Source of the DNA: Candidatus Rokuibacteriota bacterium
Lineage (GTDB): Bacteria; Methylomirabilota; Methylomirabilia; Rokubacteriales; CSP1-6
Assembly (NCBI GenBank): GCA_050731995.1
Contig: JBOHQB010000231.1
Location: 1 to 34,380 of the forward strand
Length of the DNA stretch: 34,380 nt
Direction of reading: 5' to 3'
Position 1 is the stretch's first letter. Each line of letters opens with the position of its first letter. Shown here one piece after another: positions 7,583 through 16,466 of this stretch. The notes beneath the pieces are model-generated. The model was not told where the DNA came from. It saw only the letters and a list, made by a program, of their open reading frames with translations, and did no database searches. The translations under genes were made by a program, and so were the position numbers.

Positions 7583-9976
7583 ATGCCGCTCCGGTGCGTC
7601 GCCGTCCATGGCCACTTCTACCAACCCCCGCGCGAGAATCCGTGGCTCGAGGCCGTCGAGGTCCAGGATTCGGCGGCGCCGTGGCACGACTGGAACGAGC
7701 GCATCACCGCCGAGTGCTACGCGCCGAACACCGCCGCGCGGCGCGTGGACGCGGCCAACCGGATCGTCGACATCGTCAACAATTTCGAGAAGATCTCGTT
7801 CAACGTCGGCCCCACGCTCTTCGCGTGGCTCGCGCGCCACGCCCCCGACGTCGTGCGGCGCATCGTCGAGGCGGACCGGGCCAGCGTCCGCGCGCGCGGC
7901 CACGGCAACGCGATCGCGCAGGTCTACAACCACATGATCATGCCGCTCGCGACGCGGCGGGACAAGGTCACGCAGGTTCGCTGGGGGATCGCAGACTTCC
8001 GCGTGCGCTTCGGGCGCGATCCGGAGGGACTGTGGCTTCCCGAGACGGCGGTGGACGACGAGACCCTCGAGATCCTCGCCGAGGCCGGCCTGCGCTTCAC
8101 GATCCTGGCACCCAAGCAGGCGCGGCGCGTCCGGCCGCTCGGCGCGGGGGACTGGGAGGAGACGAACGGCGGGGTGGACACGACCCGTCCCTATCTCTGG
8201 CGCGGACCGCGCGGGCTCAGCCTGGCGCTCTTCTTCTACGACGGACCGATCTCCCACGCGATCGCGTTCGGCGGGTTACTCGGCCGCTCCGAGAACTTCG
8301 TCGCGCGTCTGACCTCCGCGTTCGGCGACGGGGCGGATCGGCCGCAGCTCGTACACTGCGCGACGGACGGCGAGTCGTACGGTCACCACAGCCGCTTCGG
8401 CGAGATGGCGCTGGCGGCCGCGGTGCGCGCGCTCGAGGGCGACCCGACGCTCGCGCTCACCAATTACGGCGCCTTCCTCGCGGCGCACCCGCCCGCGCAC
8501 GAGGTCGAGATCCACGCGCGGACGTCGTGGTCGTGCGCGCACGGCGTCGAGCGCTGGAGGGCCGACTGCGGCTGCCGTGTCCGGGCGGAGTCGCAGCAGG
8601 GCTGGCGCGGCCCGCTGCGCGAGGCGCTCGACTGGCTGCGCGATCAGGCAGACCCGTTCTACGAGGCACGCGCCTCGGCGTGGCTGAAAGACCCGTGGGC
8701 GGCGCGCGAGGACTACGTCGGGGTGATCCTCGACCGCGGCCCCGACCGGCTCGAGGCGTTTCTCGCGCGCCACCAGCGCGCCGCGCTCGACGCCGCCGCG
8801 CGCCTGGAGACGCGCCGGCTGCTCGAGCTCCAGCGCAATCGCCTGCTCATGTACACCTCGTGCGGCTGGTTCTTCGACGAGATCTCGGGCCTCGAGCCCG
8901 TGCAGGTGCTCCGCTACGCGGCGCTGGCGCTCCAGTACCTGCGTGACCTCGGCGCGGGCGACCTCGAAGACGCGTTCGTGCGGCGCCTCGCGCAGGCCCC
9001 GAGCAACGTCCCCGAGTACGGGGACGGCGCCGGCGTGTGGCGGCGGCTGATCCGGCCCGCGGTGGTGAGCCTGCCGCGCGTGGTCGCGCACTACGCGATC
9101 ACCGGGCTGTTCGAGGAGCACCCGGCGGAGACCGCGGTCTACGCGTACCGGGTACGGCGGCTGGACGAGGTGCGCGCCTCCACGGGCGGGACGGCACTGC
9201 GCCTGGCGCACGTGAGCGTCGCGTCGGAGGTGACGGGCGAGACGAGCGAGGCGACGTACGCCGCCGCGCACTTCGGCGCCCACGACCTGACCTGCGCGAT
9301 CCGCCCCTGGCGCGACGCCGCGACGTGGGAGCGCGTGACAGCCGACCTGCTCGCGCGCTGCGCCGGCGGGGCACTGGCCAATCTCGTGCGCGGCGTGGAC
9401 GACCACTTCCCGGGCCCCGCCTTCGCACTGCCCCACCTCTTCATCGACGAGCGCCGCCGGGTGCTCGCGCGCGCGATCTCGACGCTCCTCGAGCGCCACG
9501 AGGAGACGTACCGGCGGGTCTGGGAGGAGAGCCGCACGCTCGTCCATTACCTGAACGAGGCGGACGCGCCCATTCCCGACGCCCTCGAGCTCGTCGGGCG
9601 GCACGTCCTCGGCTCGGCGATCGTCGCCGAGGTGCAGGGGCTCGACCGCGCTTCGGCCGCCGGGCCGCTGCCGCCGCGCATGCTCGAGCTGGGCGACGAG
9701 GCGCGAGTCCTGGAGCTGGCGCTCGACCTGTCCGCCGCACGCGATGCCATGCACCGGATCGTCGGGCGGGCCCTGGACGCGGTGGACAACGCGCCGACCG
9801 GCGAGCACGTGCACCGCGCGACCCAGCTGCTCGACGACGTGCGGCGGCTCCAGGCCCCGTTCGGCCGCTGGGCGACGCAGAACCGCTTCTTCGACATCTG
9901 GCAGCGCCGGGCGCTCGCGCGCCCGTTGCTGACCCCGCTGGCCGAGCGCCTCGGCTTCCACCTCTCCCTGGACTGA
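7583..9976 (+). CDS. GH57 catalytic domain + DUF3536 protein (alpha-glucan-active enzyme of unknown specificity)
   Basis: ORF 7580..9976 (GTG 7580 or ATG 7583). The GH57-like N-terminal half contains VAVHGHFYQPPRENPW..., NVGPTLFAWL, WLPETAV and CATDGESYGHH. The long alpha-helical C-terminal half (SCGWFFDEISGLEP...) resembles DUF3536. Confidence 0.8.
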   Translation: MPLRCVAVHGHFYQPPRENPWLEAVEVQDSAAPWHDWNERITAECYAPNTAARRVDAANRIVDIVNNFEKISFNVGPTLFAWLARHAPDVVRRIVEADRASVRARGHGNAIAQVYNHMIMPLATRRDKVTQVRWGIADFRVRFGRDPEGLWLPETAVDDETLEILAEAGLRFTILAPKQARRVRPLGAGDWEETNGGVDTTRPYLWRGPRGLSLALFFYDGPISHAIAFGGLLGRSENFVARLTSAFGDGADRPQLVHCATDGESYGHHSRFGEMALAAAVRALEGDPTLALTNYGAFLAAHPPAHEVEIHARTSWSCAHGVERWRADCGCRVRAESQQGWRGPLREALDWLRDQADPFYEARASAWLKDPWAAREDYVGVILDRGPDRLEAFLARHQRAALDAAARLETRRLLELQRNRLLMYTSCGWFFDEISGLEPVQVLRYAALALQYLRDLGAGDLEDAFVRRLAQAPSNVPEYGDGAGVWRRLIRPAVVSLPRVVAHYAITGLFEEHPAETAVYAYRVRRLDEVRASTGGTALRLAHVSVASEVTGETSEATYAAAHFGAHDLTCAIRPWRDAATWERVTADLLARCAGGALANLVRGVDDHFPGPAFALPHLFIDERRRVLARAISTLLERHEETYRRVWEESRTLVHYLNEADAPIPDALELVGRHVLGSAIVAEVQGLDRASAAGPLPPRMLELGDEARVLELALDLSAARDAMHRIVGRALDAVDNAPTGEHVHRATQLLDDVRRLQAPFGRWATQNRFFDIWQRRALARPLLTPLAERLGFHLSLD

Positions 9977-11919
9977 TGCCGCTGCCCAAGGACCCGAGAA
10001 GGACGGTCGTCATCGAGAACGTCACCCCGATGGTGGACGGCGGGCGGTACCCGGTGAAACGTATCGTCGGCGACGTCGTCGAGGTCACGGCCGACGTGTT
10101 CAAGGAGGGACACGACGTCCTCGTCGCCTTCGTGCGCTACCGGCGCGCCGATGAGACCGCGTGGCGCGAGGCGGAGATGCGCCTGGTGGACGAAGACCGC
10201 TGGGCGGGCAGCTTCGTCCCCGACGCCAACACGCGCTGGGTGTTCACGATCGAGGCGCTCGCCGACCCGTTCCAGTCGTGGCTCGCCGATCTGGTGACGC
10301 GTCAGGATGCCGGTCAACCGGATCTCACGAGCGAGCTGCTCCAAGGCGCGGCGCTCGTCCGCGCGGCGGCGGATCGCGCCAGCGGCGCCACCGCGACCGC
10401 GCTGCGGGATTTCCTGACGCGCGCCGGGCGCGCGCCCGACGCGACGCGGGTCTTTCGCGATCCCGCGCTCGCCGATCTCATGCACGGCACGCTCGACCGG
10501 AGCGAGGCGACGTGGTGCGACTACCTGTTCGACGTGGTCGTCGACCGCGAGCGCGCGCGCTTCGCCGCCTGGTACGAGTTCTTCCCGCGCTCGGCGCGCG
10601 GCGATGGACGCCACGCCACGCTCCGCGACGCGGAGACGATGCTCGAGCGCGCCGCCGCGATGGGCTTCGACACGGTCTACCTGCCCCCGATCCACCCGAT
10701 CGGCCGCGCGCACCGCAAGGGGCGGAACAACGCGCTGACGGCGCAGCCGGGCGACCCGGGGAGCCCGTGGGCGATCGGCGCCGCCGACGGCGGCCACACC
10801 GCCGTGCACCCCGAGCTCGGCACGCTCGCCGATTTCGACCGCTTCGTCGCGCGCGCGGCGGCCCTCGGCCTCGAGGTGGCCCTCGACTTCGCGATCCAGT
10901 GCTCGCCCGACCATCCCTGGGTCCGCGAGCATCCCGAGTGGTTCTTCCACCGCCCGGACGGCACGCTCAAGTACGCCGAGAACCCGCCGAAGAAGTACCA
11001 GGACGTCTGCCCGCTGAACTTCGTCGGCGACGACCCGGGACCGCTCTGGGAGGAGATGAAGCGCGTCGTCGAATTCTGGATCGGTCACGGCGTGCGCGCG
11101 TTCCGGGTGGACAACCCGCACACCAAGCCGCTCCGGTTCTGGGAGTGGCTCATCCGCGAGGTGCAGGCCAAGCATCCGGACTCGATCTTCCTCGCCGAGG
11201 CCTTCACGCGCCCGGCGATGATGCGGGCGCTGTCGAAGGCGGGCTTCACGCAGTCCTATACCTATTTCACGTGGCACAACGGCAAGCACGAGCTGATCGA
11301 CTACCTCTCCGAGATCACCCGGCCGCCGGTGTCCGAGTACTTCCGCGGCAACCTCTGGCCCAACACGCCGGACATCCTCCACGCGACCCTGGTCCGCGGC
11401 GGCCCCCCGGCGTTCCACGCCCGGGTCGTGCTGGCGGCGACGCTGTCGCCGCTCTACGGCATCTACAGCGGTTACGAGCTGTGCGAGAACGTGGCGCGCG
11501 AGCCCGGCTCCGAGGAGTATCTCGACTCGGAGAAGTACGAGCTCAAGCGGCGGGACTGGACGGACCCTGGCCACATCACAAACCTAATAGCGCGCGTCAA
11601 CGCGATCCGCCGTGCCCACCGCGCCCTCCAGCGCCACGACAACCTGGTCTTCCTCGCCTCCGACGATCCGAATATTCTCTGGTACGGCAAGTGGACGCCC
11701 GAGCGCGACGACTGCGTCTTCGTCGCGGTCAACCTCGATCCCTTCGGACGGCACGCGACGATGGCGGACGTGCCCGTGTCGGAGCTCGGCTTGGCGCCCG
11801 ACGCCACGTACTGGATGCACGAAGAGCTGAGCGGGACCTCCTGGCAGTGGCGGGGTGCGCGGGGCTATGTCGAGCTTGACCCCTCGAGCCCGGCTCGGAT
11901 CTTCCACCTGCGCCGCTGA
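9976..11919 (+). CDS. glgE: alpha-1,4-glucan:maltose-1-phosphate maltosyltransferase
   Basis: Trimmed from ORF 9037..11919. ATG 9976 (TGATG overlap with the upstream stop) gives MPLPKDPRRTVVIENVTPMVDGGRYPVKRIVGD... (647 aa). Hallmark GlgE strings: AWYEFFPRS, FDTVYLPPIHPIG..HRKGRNN, AIQCSPDHPW, EHPEWF.HRPDG...YAENPPKKYQD, FRVDNPHTKP. Confidence 0.9.
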   Translation: MPLPKDPRRTVVIENVTPMVDGGRYPVKRIVGDVVEVTADVFKEGHDVLVAFVRYRRADETAWREAEMRLVDEDRWAGSFVPDANTRWVFTIEALADPFQSWLADLVTRQDAGQPDLTSELLQGAALVRAAADRASGATATALRDFLTRAGRAPDATRVFRDPALADLMHGTLDRSEATWCDYLFDVVVDRERARFAAWYEFFPRSARGDGRHATLRDAETMLERAAAMGFDTVYLPPIHPIGRAHRKGRNNALTAQPGDPGSPWAIGAADGGHTAVHPELGTLADFDRFVARAAALGLEVALDFAIQCSPDHPWVREHPEWFFHRPDGTLKYAENPPKKYQDVCPLNFVGDDPGPLWEEMKRVVEFWIGHGVRAFRVDNPHTKPLRFWEWLIREVQAKHPDSIFLAEAFTRPAMMRALSKAGFTQSYTYFTWHNGKHELIDYLSEITRPPVSEYFRGNLWPNTPDILHATLVRGGPPAFHARVVLAATLSPLYGIYSGYELCENVAREPGSEEYLDSEKYELKRRDWTDPGHITNLIARVNAIRRAHRALQRHDNLVFLASDDPNILWYGKWTPERDDCVFVAVNLDPFGRHATMADVPVSELGLAPDATYWMHEELSGTSWQWRGARGYVELDPSSPARIFHLRR

Positions 11920-11925
11920 CGCCGC

Positions 11926-12417
11926 TCAGCGCGGCGGCGCAACCGGCGGCGGGAGCTGCTGCGGTATGCCGAAGAGCAGGAGTCTCGGGTCTAGCGCTTC
12001 AGGGTTGTCGAAGTACGCGATGAGGCCCGACGCCCAGACGAAGATCTCGGTCTGGCCCTCGCGCCCAACGCGGTCGGGATCGCCCCAGCCCTTGGCGAGG
12101 ATCCCCTTGTGGAAGACGCCGGTCTTGGGCTCCATGCTGAACGCGCGCAGCACCTCGCGACGGTAGCCCCGGTCGTCCTTGAGCCCGAACTCGAGCACCA
12201 GCCGCAAGACACCCGGCGGCGCCTGGGCGCCGTCGTAGGTCCAGCGGTCCGTGTCGAAGCCCTCGACCTTCACCACCTCGGCGCGCGTGGGGGCGCCGAA
12301 CCGCTCGCGCGCCTGCGGCTGCGTCGTTTTCGCCGGCACGAGCAGGCCCCAGTCGGCGGCGGCCGCCGGCAGCGCGGCGAGCAGCAGCAGCGCGCCGAGC
12401 GCGATCCGCGGGCGCAC
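11926..12417 (-). CDS. secreted hypothetical protein (signal peptide)
   Basis: GTG 12417 gives (M)RPRIALGALLLLAALPAAAA/DWG, with a signal-peptidase I type cleavage site. Its start lies 1 nt after the ggt stop, so it is likely the last gene of the PurM-like/GGT operon. It is convergent with glgE, with only 6 nt between the two stops. Confidence 0.6.
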   Translation of the reverse strand: MRPRIALGALLLLAALPAAAADWGLLVPAKTTQPQARERFGAPTRAEVVKVEGFDTDRWTYDGAQAPPGVLRLVLEFGLKDDRGYRREVLRAFSMEPKTGVFHKGILAKGWGDPDRVGREGQTEIFVWASGLIAYFDNPEALDPRLLLFGIPQQLPPPVAPPR

Positions 12418-12418
12418 G

Positions 12419-14017
12419 TCAGAACCCGAGCGCGGCGCCGTCGCCGCGCGGATCGGCGCCGCCCATCAGCGTGCCGTCGTGGAACGCAACGCCGTGCGCG
12501 TGGCCGACCCGCGTGAAGAAGTCCGGCGCCGCCTTCACGCGATGTCCGCGACGCTCGAGCCCGGCGAAGACGCGCCGCGGGACGCGCCCCTCGAGGTGGA
12601 TCGCATCGGCGGGATCGTCGGGCAGGAACGCGCCGATCAGGAAGCGCGGCCGCTCGATCGCCTCCTGGATGTCCATACCGTAGTCGAGCACGTTCGTCAG
12701 GATCTGCAGGTGGAACATCGCCTGGCCGTTGCCGCCCATCGTCGCGAGGCCGAGCACCGGATGCTCGTGCCGCGTGACGACGGCCGCGATCAGCGTGTGG
12801 AACGGCCGCTTGCGCGGCGCCAGGCAGGCCGGGTGCGCCGGGTCGAGCGTGAAGTGGCGCCCACGGTTCTGGAGCATGACGCCGGTGCCGGGCACGACGA
12901 CCCCCGAGCCGAATCGGTTGAAGAGACTCTGGATGACGCTGATCACGTTGCCCCGGCCGTCGGCGACGACGAAGCCGGTCGTGTCACCCTCCGGGTCGCC
13001 CGCTGCATAGGGCTGCGCCTTGCCGCGGTCGAAGGCGCTCCGGCGCCCGGCCGCGTAGTCTTTGTCGAGCAGCGCCGCGACCGGCACGCGCGCGTGCGCC
13101 AGGTCGCCGATCCAGCGGTCCCGGTCGGCGTACGCGAGCTTCGTCAGCTCGAGGAGCAGGTGCACGTGCTCGAGCGAGTGGATCGCGAGTTCGGCGAGCG
13201 GAAAACCCTCCACGAGGTTCAGCGCGAGGAGCGCCGCGAGGCCCTGGGTGGGCGGCGGCGTCTCGTGCACCGTGAAGCCACGGTAGGTCGTCGTGATCGG
13301 ATCGCCCCACTCGCCCGTGTGCGCGGCGAGGTCGTCCGGCGTGAGGAACCCCTCGGCCGCCATCCGCCGCGCGATCGCCTGTCCGACGCGCCCCGTGTAG
13401 AAGAGGTCGGGGCCGTCGCTCGCCAGATCCGCAAGCGTGCGCGCGAGGTCCGGCTGGCGGAAGAGCTGGCCCATCGCCGGAGGCTTGCCGCCCGGCTCGA
13501 AGACGCGATGCCACTCGCCATCCGGGGTGACTCCACGGAACTCGTCGATCGACTGGCTCGTGAGCGACGAGAGCGCGAAGCCCTGCTCGGCGTGACGGAT
13601 CGCGGGCCGGAGCAGCTCGCCGAGGGGACGCGTGCCGAAGCGCTCCAGCAGCATCGCCCATGCCCGCACGCAGCCCGGCACGCTGACCGTCGGCGGTCCG
13701 ATCACCGGCAGCCGGTCCATGCCGCGGCGCGAGAGCTCGTCGAGCGATGCGCGCGAGCCCGAGCGCCCGGCGCCGGCCAGGAAGTGAACGCGACCGGTCG
13801 CCGCCTCCCGGAAGAGGCAGAACAGATCGCCGCCGACGCCACACATGTCCGGCTGCGTGACGGCGAGCACGGCGTTGACCGCCACGGCGGCGTCAACCAC
13901 GTTGCCGCCCGCCTTCAGCGTCTCGACGCCGGCGAGGGTCGCGAGCGGATGCGCCGCCGCGACCATGCCCTCGCGGCCCAGTGCGACGGGACGGTGCGAG
14001 TAGCCGATCTGCGGCAT
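12419..14017 (-). CDS. ggt: gamma-glutamyltransferase family protein (Ntn hydrolase), no signal peptide
   Basis: Trimmed from ORF 12419..14404. ATG 14017 gives MPQIGYSHRPVALGREGMVAAAHPLATLAGVETLKAGGNVVDAAVA... (532 aa). The autoprocessing/nucleophile context GDTTGFVVADGRGNVISVIQSL and the C-terminal GGADPRGDGAALGF are GGT-typical. Confidence 0.9.
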   Translation of the reverse strand: MPQIGYSHRPVALGREGMVAAAHPLATLAGVETLKAGGNVVDAAVAVNAVLAVTQPDMCGVGGDLFCLFREAATGRVHFLAGAGRSGSRASLDELSRRGMDRLPVIGPPTVSVPGCVRAWAMLLERFGTRPLGELLRPAIRHAEQGFALSSLTSQSIDEFRGVTPDGEWHRVFEPGGKPPAMGQLFRQPDLARTLADLASDGPDLFYTGRVGQAIARRMAAEGFLTPDDLAAHTGEWGDPITTTYRGFTVHETPPPTQGLAALLALNLVEGFPLAELAIHSLEHVHLLLELTKLAYADRDRWIGDLAHARVPVAALLDKDYAAGRRSAFDRGKAQPYAAGDPEGDTTGFVVADGRGNVISVIQSLFNRFGSGVVVPGTGVMLQNRGRHFTLDPAHPACLAPRKRPFHTLIAAVVTRHEHPVLGLATMGGNGQAMFHLQILTNVLDYGMDIQEAIERPRFLIGAFLPDDPADAIHLEGRVPRRVFAGLERRGHRVKAAPDFFTRVGHAHGVAFHDGTLMGGADPRGDGAALGF

Positions 14018-15039
14018 CAGGCGGATTCCCGGAAGAGGCGCGTGATCTCGTCCTGGGCGAACACCGGCAGCGGCCGCGAGCGACCGCCCTCCACCAGCGT
14101 CACGCCCTGCTCGCGCGGGACGACCTGGCCGATGAAGTGGCAATCGATCGACTCGCGGGCGAGCGCGTGGATCACGATGGCGGCGTCCGCGGGCGTGAGC
14201 GTCAGCAGGAGTGCGCCGGACGCGATCGTCCCGAGCGGGTCGAGACCGAAGGCGTCGCAGACCGCGCGCCCCTCCGGCAGGATCATGATCCGCTCGCCGT
14301 CGATCCGGAGCCCGACGCCCGCGGCGTCCGCCAGCTCGTGCAGCGCGGTCGCGATCCCGCCCTCGGTCGGATCGTGCATCGCGTGGATCTCCGCCAGCTC
14401 GCACGCGATCTCCGCCTCGGGCAGCACGCTGATGCCCGGCGTCTTGAGCAACGCTTTCGCGCGCCGGATCATCGCCGCCGGCACGCCGCGGGCCTTCAGC
14501 TCAGCTTCCTGCTCGCGCGCGATGAGCGCCGCGCCCTCGAGCGGCACGCCCTTGGTCATGACGACGGCGTCGCCGACGCGGGCGCCCGACGTCGTGACGA
14601 GCCGGTCCCGGGCGACCTCGCCGAGCATCGTGCCGACCACGATCGGGCGATCGAGGCCGTGCGTCACCTCGGTGTGGCCTCCGACGAGCGCCACGTCCAG
14701 CTCCGCGCACGCGCGCCCCAGCTCGTCGAAGAGCGCCTCGACCGTCGCGTCCGTCGTGGCGCCGTCGGGCAGGAGCAGCGTCGCGAGGAACCACTTGGGG
14801 CGCGCGCCGCGCACCGCGACGTCGTTCGCGTTGACGTGCAGGGCGTACCACGCCGCCTCGTCCGTCGTGAACGTGATCGGGTCGGTGGTCGCGACGAGGC
14901 AGCGGTCGCCCATGTCGATCACCGCGGCGTCCTCGCCGACGCGCGGCCCGACGAGGACACGCGGATCCGCGCGGGGGAGCCGATCGAACATCTTCTGGAG
15001 CGTTTCGGCGCGCAGCTTGCCGACGGGCAGCCTCGTCAT
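14017..15039 (-). CDS. AIR-synthase-related (PurM/HypE/ThiL superfamily) protein
   Basis: Trimmed from ORF 14017..15159. ATG 15039 (GGAG 4-7 nt upstream) gives MTRLPVGKLRAETLQKMF... (340 aa). It has the GEDAAVID, TTDPITF and VALVGGHTEV motifs of the PurM-like fold. It lacks the C-terminal Cys of true HypE. TGATG overlap with ggt at 14017. Confidence 0.8.
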   Translation of the reverse strand: MTRLPVGKLRAETLQKMFDRLPRADPRVLVGPRVGEDAAVIDMGDRCLVATTDPITFTTDEAAWYALHVNANDVAVRGARPKWFLATLLLPDGATTDATVEALFDELGRACAELDVALVGGHTEVTHGLDRPIVVGTMLGEVARDRLVTTSGARVGDAVVMTKGVPLEGAALIAREQEAELKARGVPAAMIRRAKALLKTPGISVLPEAEIACELAEIHAMHDPTEGGIATALHELADAAGVGLRIDGERIMILPEGRAVCDAFGLDPLGTIASGALLLTLTPADAAIVIHALARESIDCHFIGQVVPREQGVTLVEGGRSRPLPVFAQDEITRLFRESA

Positions 15040-15046
15040 GACTCCA

Positions 15047-15066
15047 GCGCGTAGTATACACGCGCG
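15047..15066 (-). promoter_or_regulatory. GC-clamped palindrome around a -10-like TATACT, upstream of the PurM-like/GGT operon
   Basis: GCGCGT-A-GTATAC-ACGCGC (15047-15065). On the minus strand it reads GCGCGTGTATACTACGCGC, then CTGGAGTC, then ATG(15039). It is a candidate promoter/operator; no experimental support. Confidence 0.35.
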
Positions 15067-15180
15067 CCCGAGGCGCGCTTCGAGCGCGGCCGGGACGTCA
15101 GTACAACCCGCGCATCTCGGTGCACCATCTCCTCCGATGATCCAGCGGGGGTCGTACAAGACGGCTGATGGTTGGGATCC

Positions 15181-15987
15181 TCAGGCTCGCGACGCGAGCG
15201 TGATGATATATTCGCGGCCCCAACGCACCTTTCCGTCCGCCGGCGTGACGTAGCCGCGGTACAGCTCGATGAGATCCTTGCGAAATGCCGCCGCCTTATC
15301 GGGCGGCAGGGAGCTGTATGCGCGATACGTGGGACCAAACTGTTCGATGAAGAGGTCGGCCAGCTGCTCGGGCGTGTCGGTGAACCCAGGGCAGTCGTAC
15401 CGTTCGAACCGGTAGTCTCGGAACGAAAGGCCGAGGAGGGACTTCACTTTTCCCTCGTCGCCCCACTCGAAGGGGCTTGGCACGCCTGGCGGCGGGGGGA
15501 GGTAGGCATTCGTGAGCCTGAACATGCGACCGACTCCGCCCTCGCGCGTCCACGCTTGGATCGCGATACGGCCGCCGAGCCTCGTCACGCGCGCCAGCTC
15601 TTTCGCCACCTTGTGCTGGTCCGGCGCGAACATGAGACCGCACGAGGACACGACGACATCGAACGCACCGTCCGGGAACGGGAGGTTCTCGGCGTCCCCT
15701 TCCTGCCACGTGATGTCGTCGTACCCTTGCTCCGCTCCACACTTCCGAGCGACGGCAAGGAGCTCGGGTGTGAGGTCAAGTCCCGTGACGACAGCGCCGC
15801 GCGCGCGGGCCATGAGCGTCGTGTTCCCGGTTCCGCACGCGATGTCAAGCACGCGCTCGCTGGCACGGATGCGCCCGACCCGCACCACATGGTCGGCAAC
15901 AGCCAGGATGCCCTGGGCAATCTGGTCGTAGTCACCGGATGCCCAGGTCGCTCTGTGTTTCTGCTTGAGTTCAGTGAAGTCTGGCAT
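15181..15987 (-). CDS. class I SAM-dependent methyltransferase (Methyltransf_11-like)
   Basis: ATG 15987, 268 aa. Motif I is VLDIACGTGN, followed by an acidic loop VVTGLD and motif post-I/II DAENLPFPDGAFDVVVS. GGAGA lies directly upstream of the ATG. Confidence 0.85.
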   Translation of the reverse strand: MPDFTELKQKHRATWASGDYDQIAQGILAVADHVVRVGRIRASERVLDIACGTGNTTLMARARGAVVTGLDLTPELLAVARKCGAEQGYDDITWQEGDAENLPFPDGAFDVVVSSCGLMFAPDQHKVAKELARVTRLGGRIAIQAWTREGGVGRMFRLTNAYLPPPPGVPSPFEWGDEGKVKSLLGLSFRDYRFERYDCPGFTDTPEQLADLFIEQFGPTYRAYSSLPPDKAAAFRKDLIELYRGYVTPADGKVRWGREYIITLASRA

Positions 15988-16043
15988 TCTCCATCTCGTT
16001 GTCGGTACCGCTCACAAACGGTGCGTGCCTTCGGCCGCGCGTC

Positions 16044-16466
16044 TCAAAGAAATGCACGTTCCAGTGATGCGATGAAGTGGATACCGGGGACGGAACATCG
16101 GCTCAGTCGGTTGTCGTTCGTGATGAAAAGATCAACCCTGGCGGTCGCCGCGCACGCGAGTTGCACGGCGTCCGGGGCCTTGATTCCACGATCGGTCCTG
16201 ATACCCGCATAGACCATCGCGGCGTCACGGTCGAACGGGATCAGTTCTACAGTGCGCGAGAGCGTTTCCAGGTAGGTCCGCTGGAGCGTCTGGTCTCCGC
16301 GCTCAATGGGCTTGACCAGAACCTCACCAAGCGTAAGCGTGGACGTACAAAGCTGGTCGTTTCGCTCAAGCATGCGCTCGCGGAGCTTCGCGGTGCGTTC
16401 CGCGCGATCGCCTTGGCCTTCGAGAAGGTAGATGAAGAGGTTCGTGTCCCAGAAGACGCGACTCAT
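16044..16466 (-). CDS. vapC: PIN-domain ribonuclease toxin
   Basis: MSRVFWDTNLFIYLLEG... The acidic PIN residues are in the expected places (D in WDTN, E in LGEV, D in PDAVQLA, D in ITNDNR). ATG 16466 forms an ATGA overlap with the upstream gene's stop; ATG 16472 is also possible. Confidence 0.85.
   Translation of the reverse strand: MSRVFWDTNLFIYLLEGQGDRAERTAKLRERMLERNDQLCTSTLTLGEVLVKPIERGDQTLQRTYLETLSRTVELIPFDRDAAMVYAGIRTDRGIKAPDAVQLACAATARVDLFITNDNRLSRCSVPGIHFIASLERAFL

Noticed and set aside
12251-15253. 1000-aa plus-strand ORF, together with similar giant ORFs: 230..1897 (+), 8276..9961 (-), 9547..11574 (-), 18661..20784 (+), 24692..26731 (+), 25173..27041 (-)
   Set aside because: All are antisense to, or out of frame with, genes that have clear family signatures. 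Their translations are Arg/Ala/Pro/Gly-rich low-complexity strings. Long stop-free shadow frames are expected at ~70% GC.
15988-16043. lac-operator-like TTGTGAGCGGTACCGACAA upstream of the methyltransferase
   Set aside because: Apart from the central GGTACC and the outer TTGT/ACAA, the arms are not complementary, so the resemblance is superficial.
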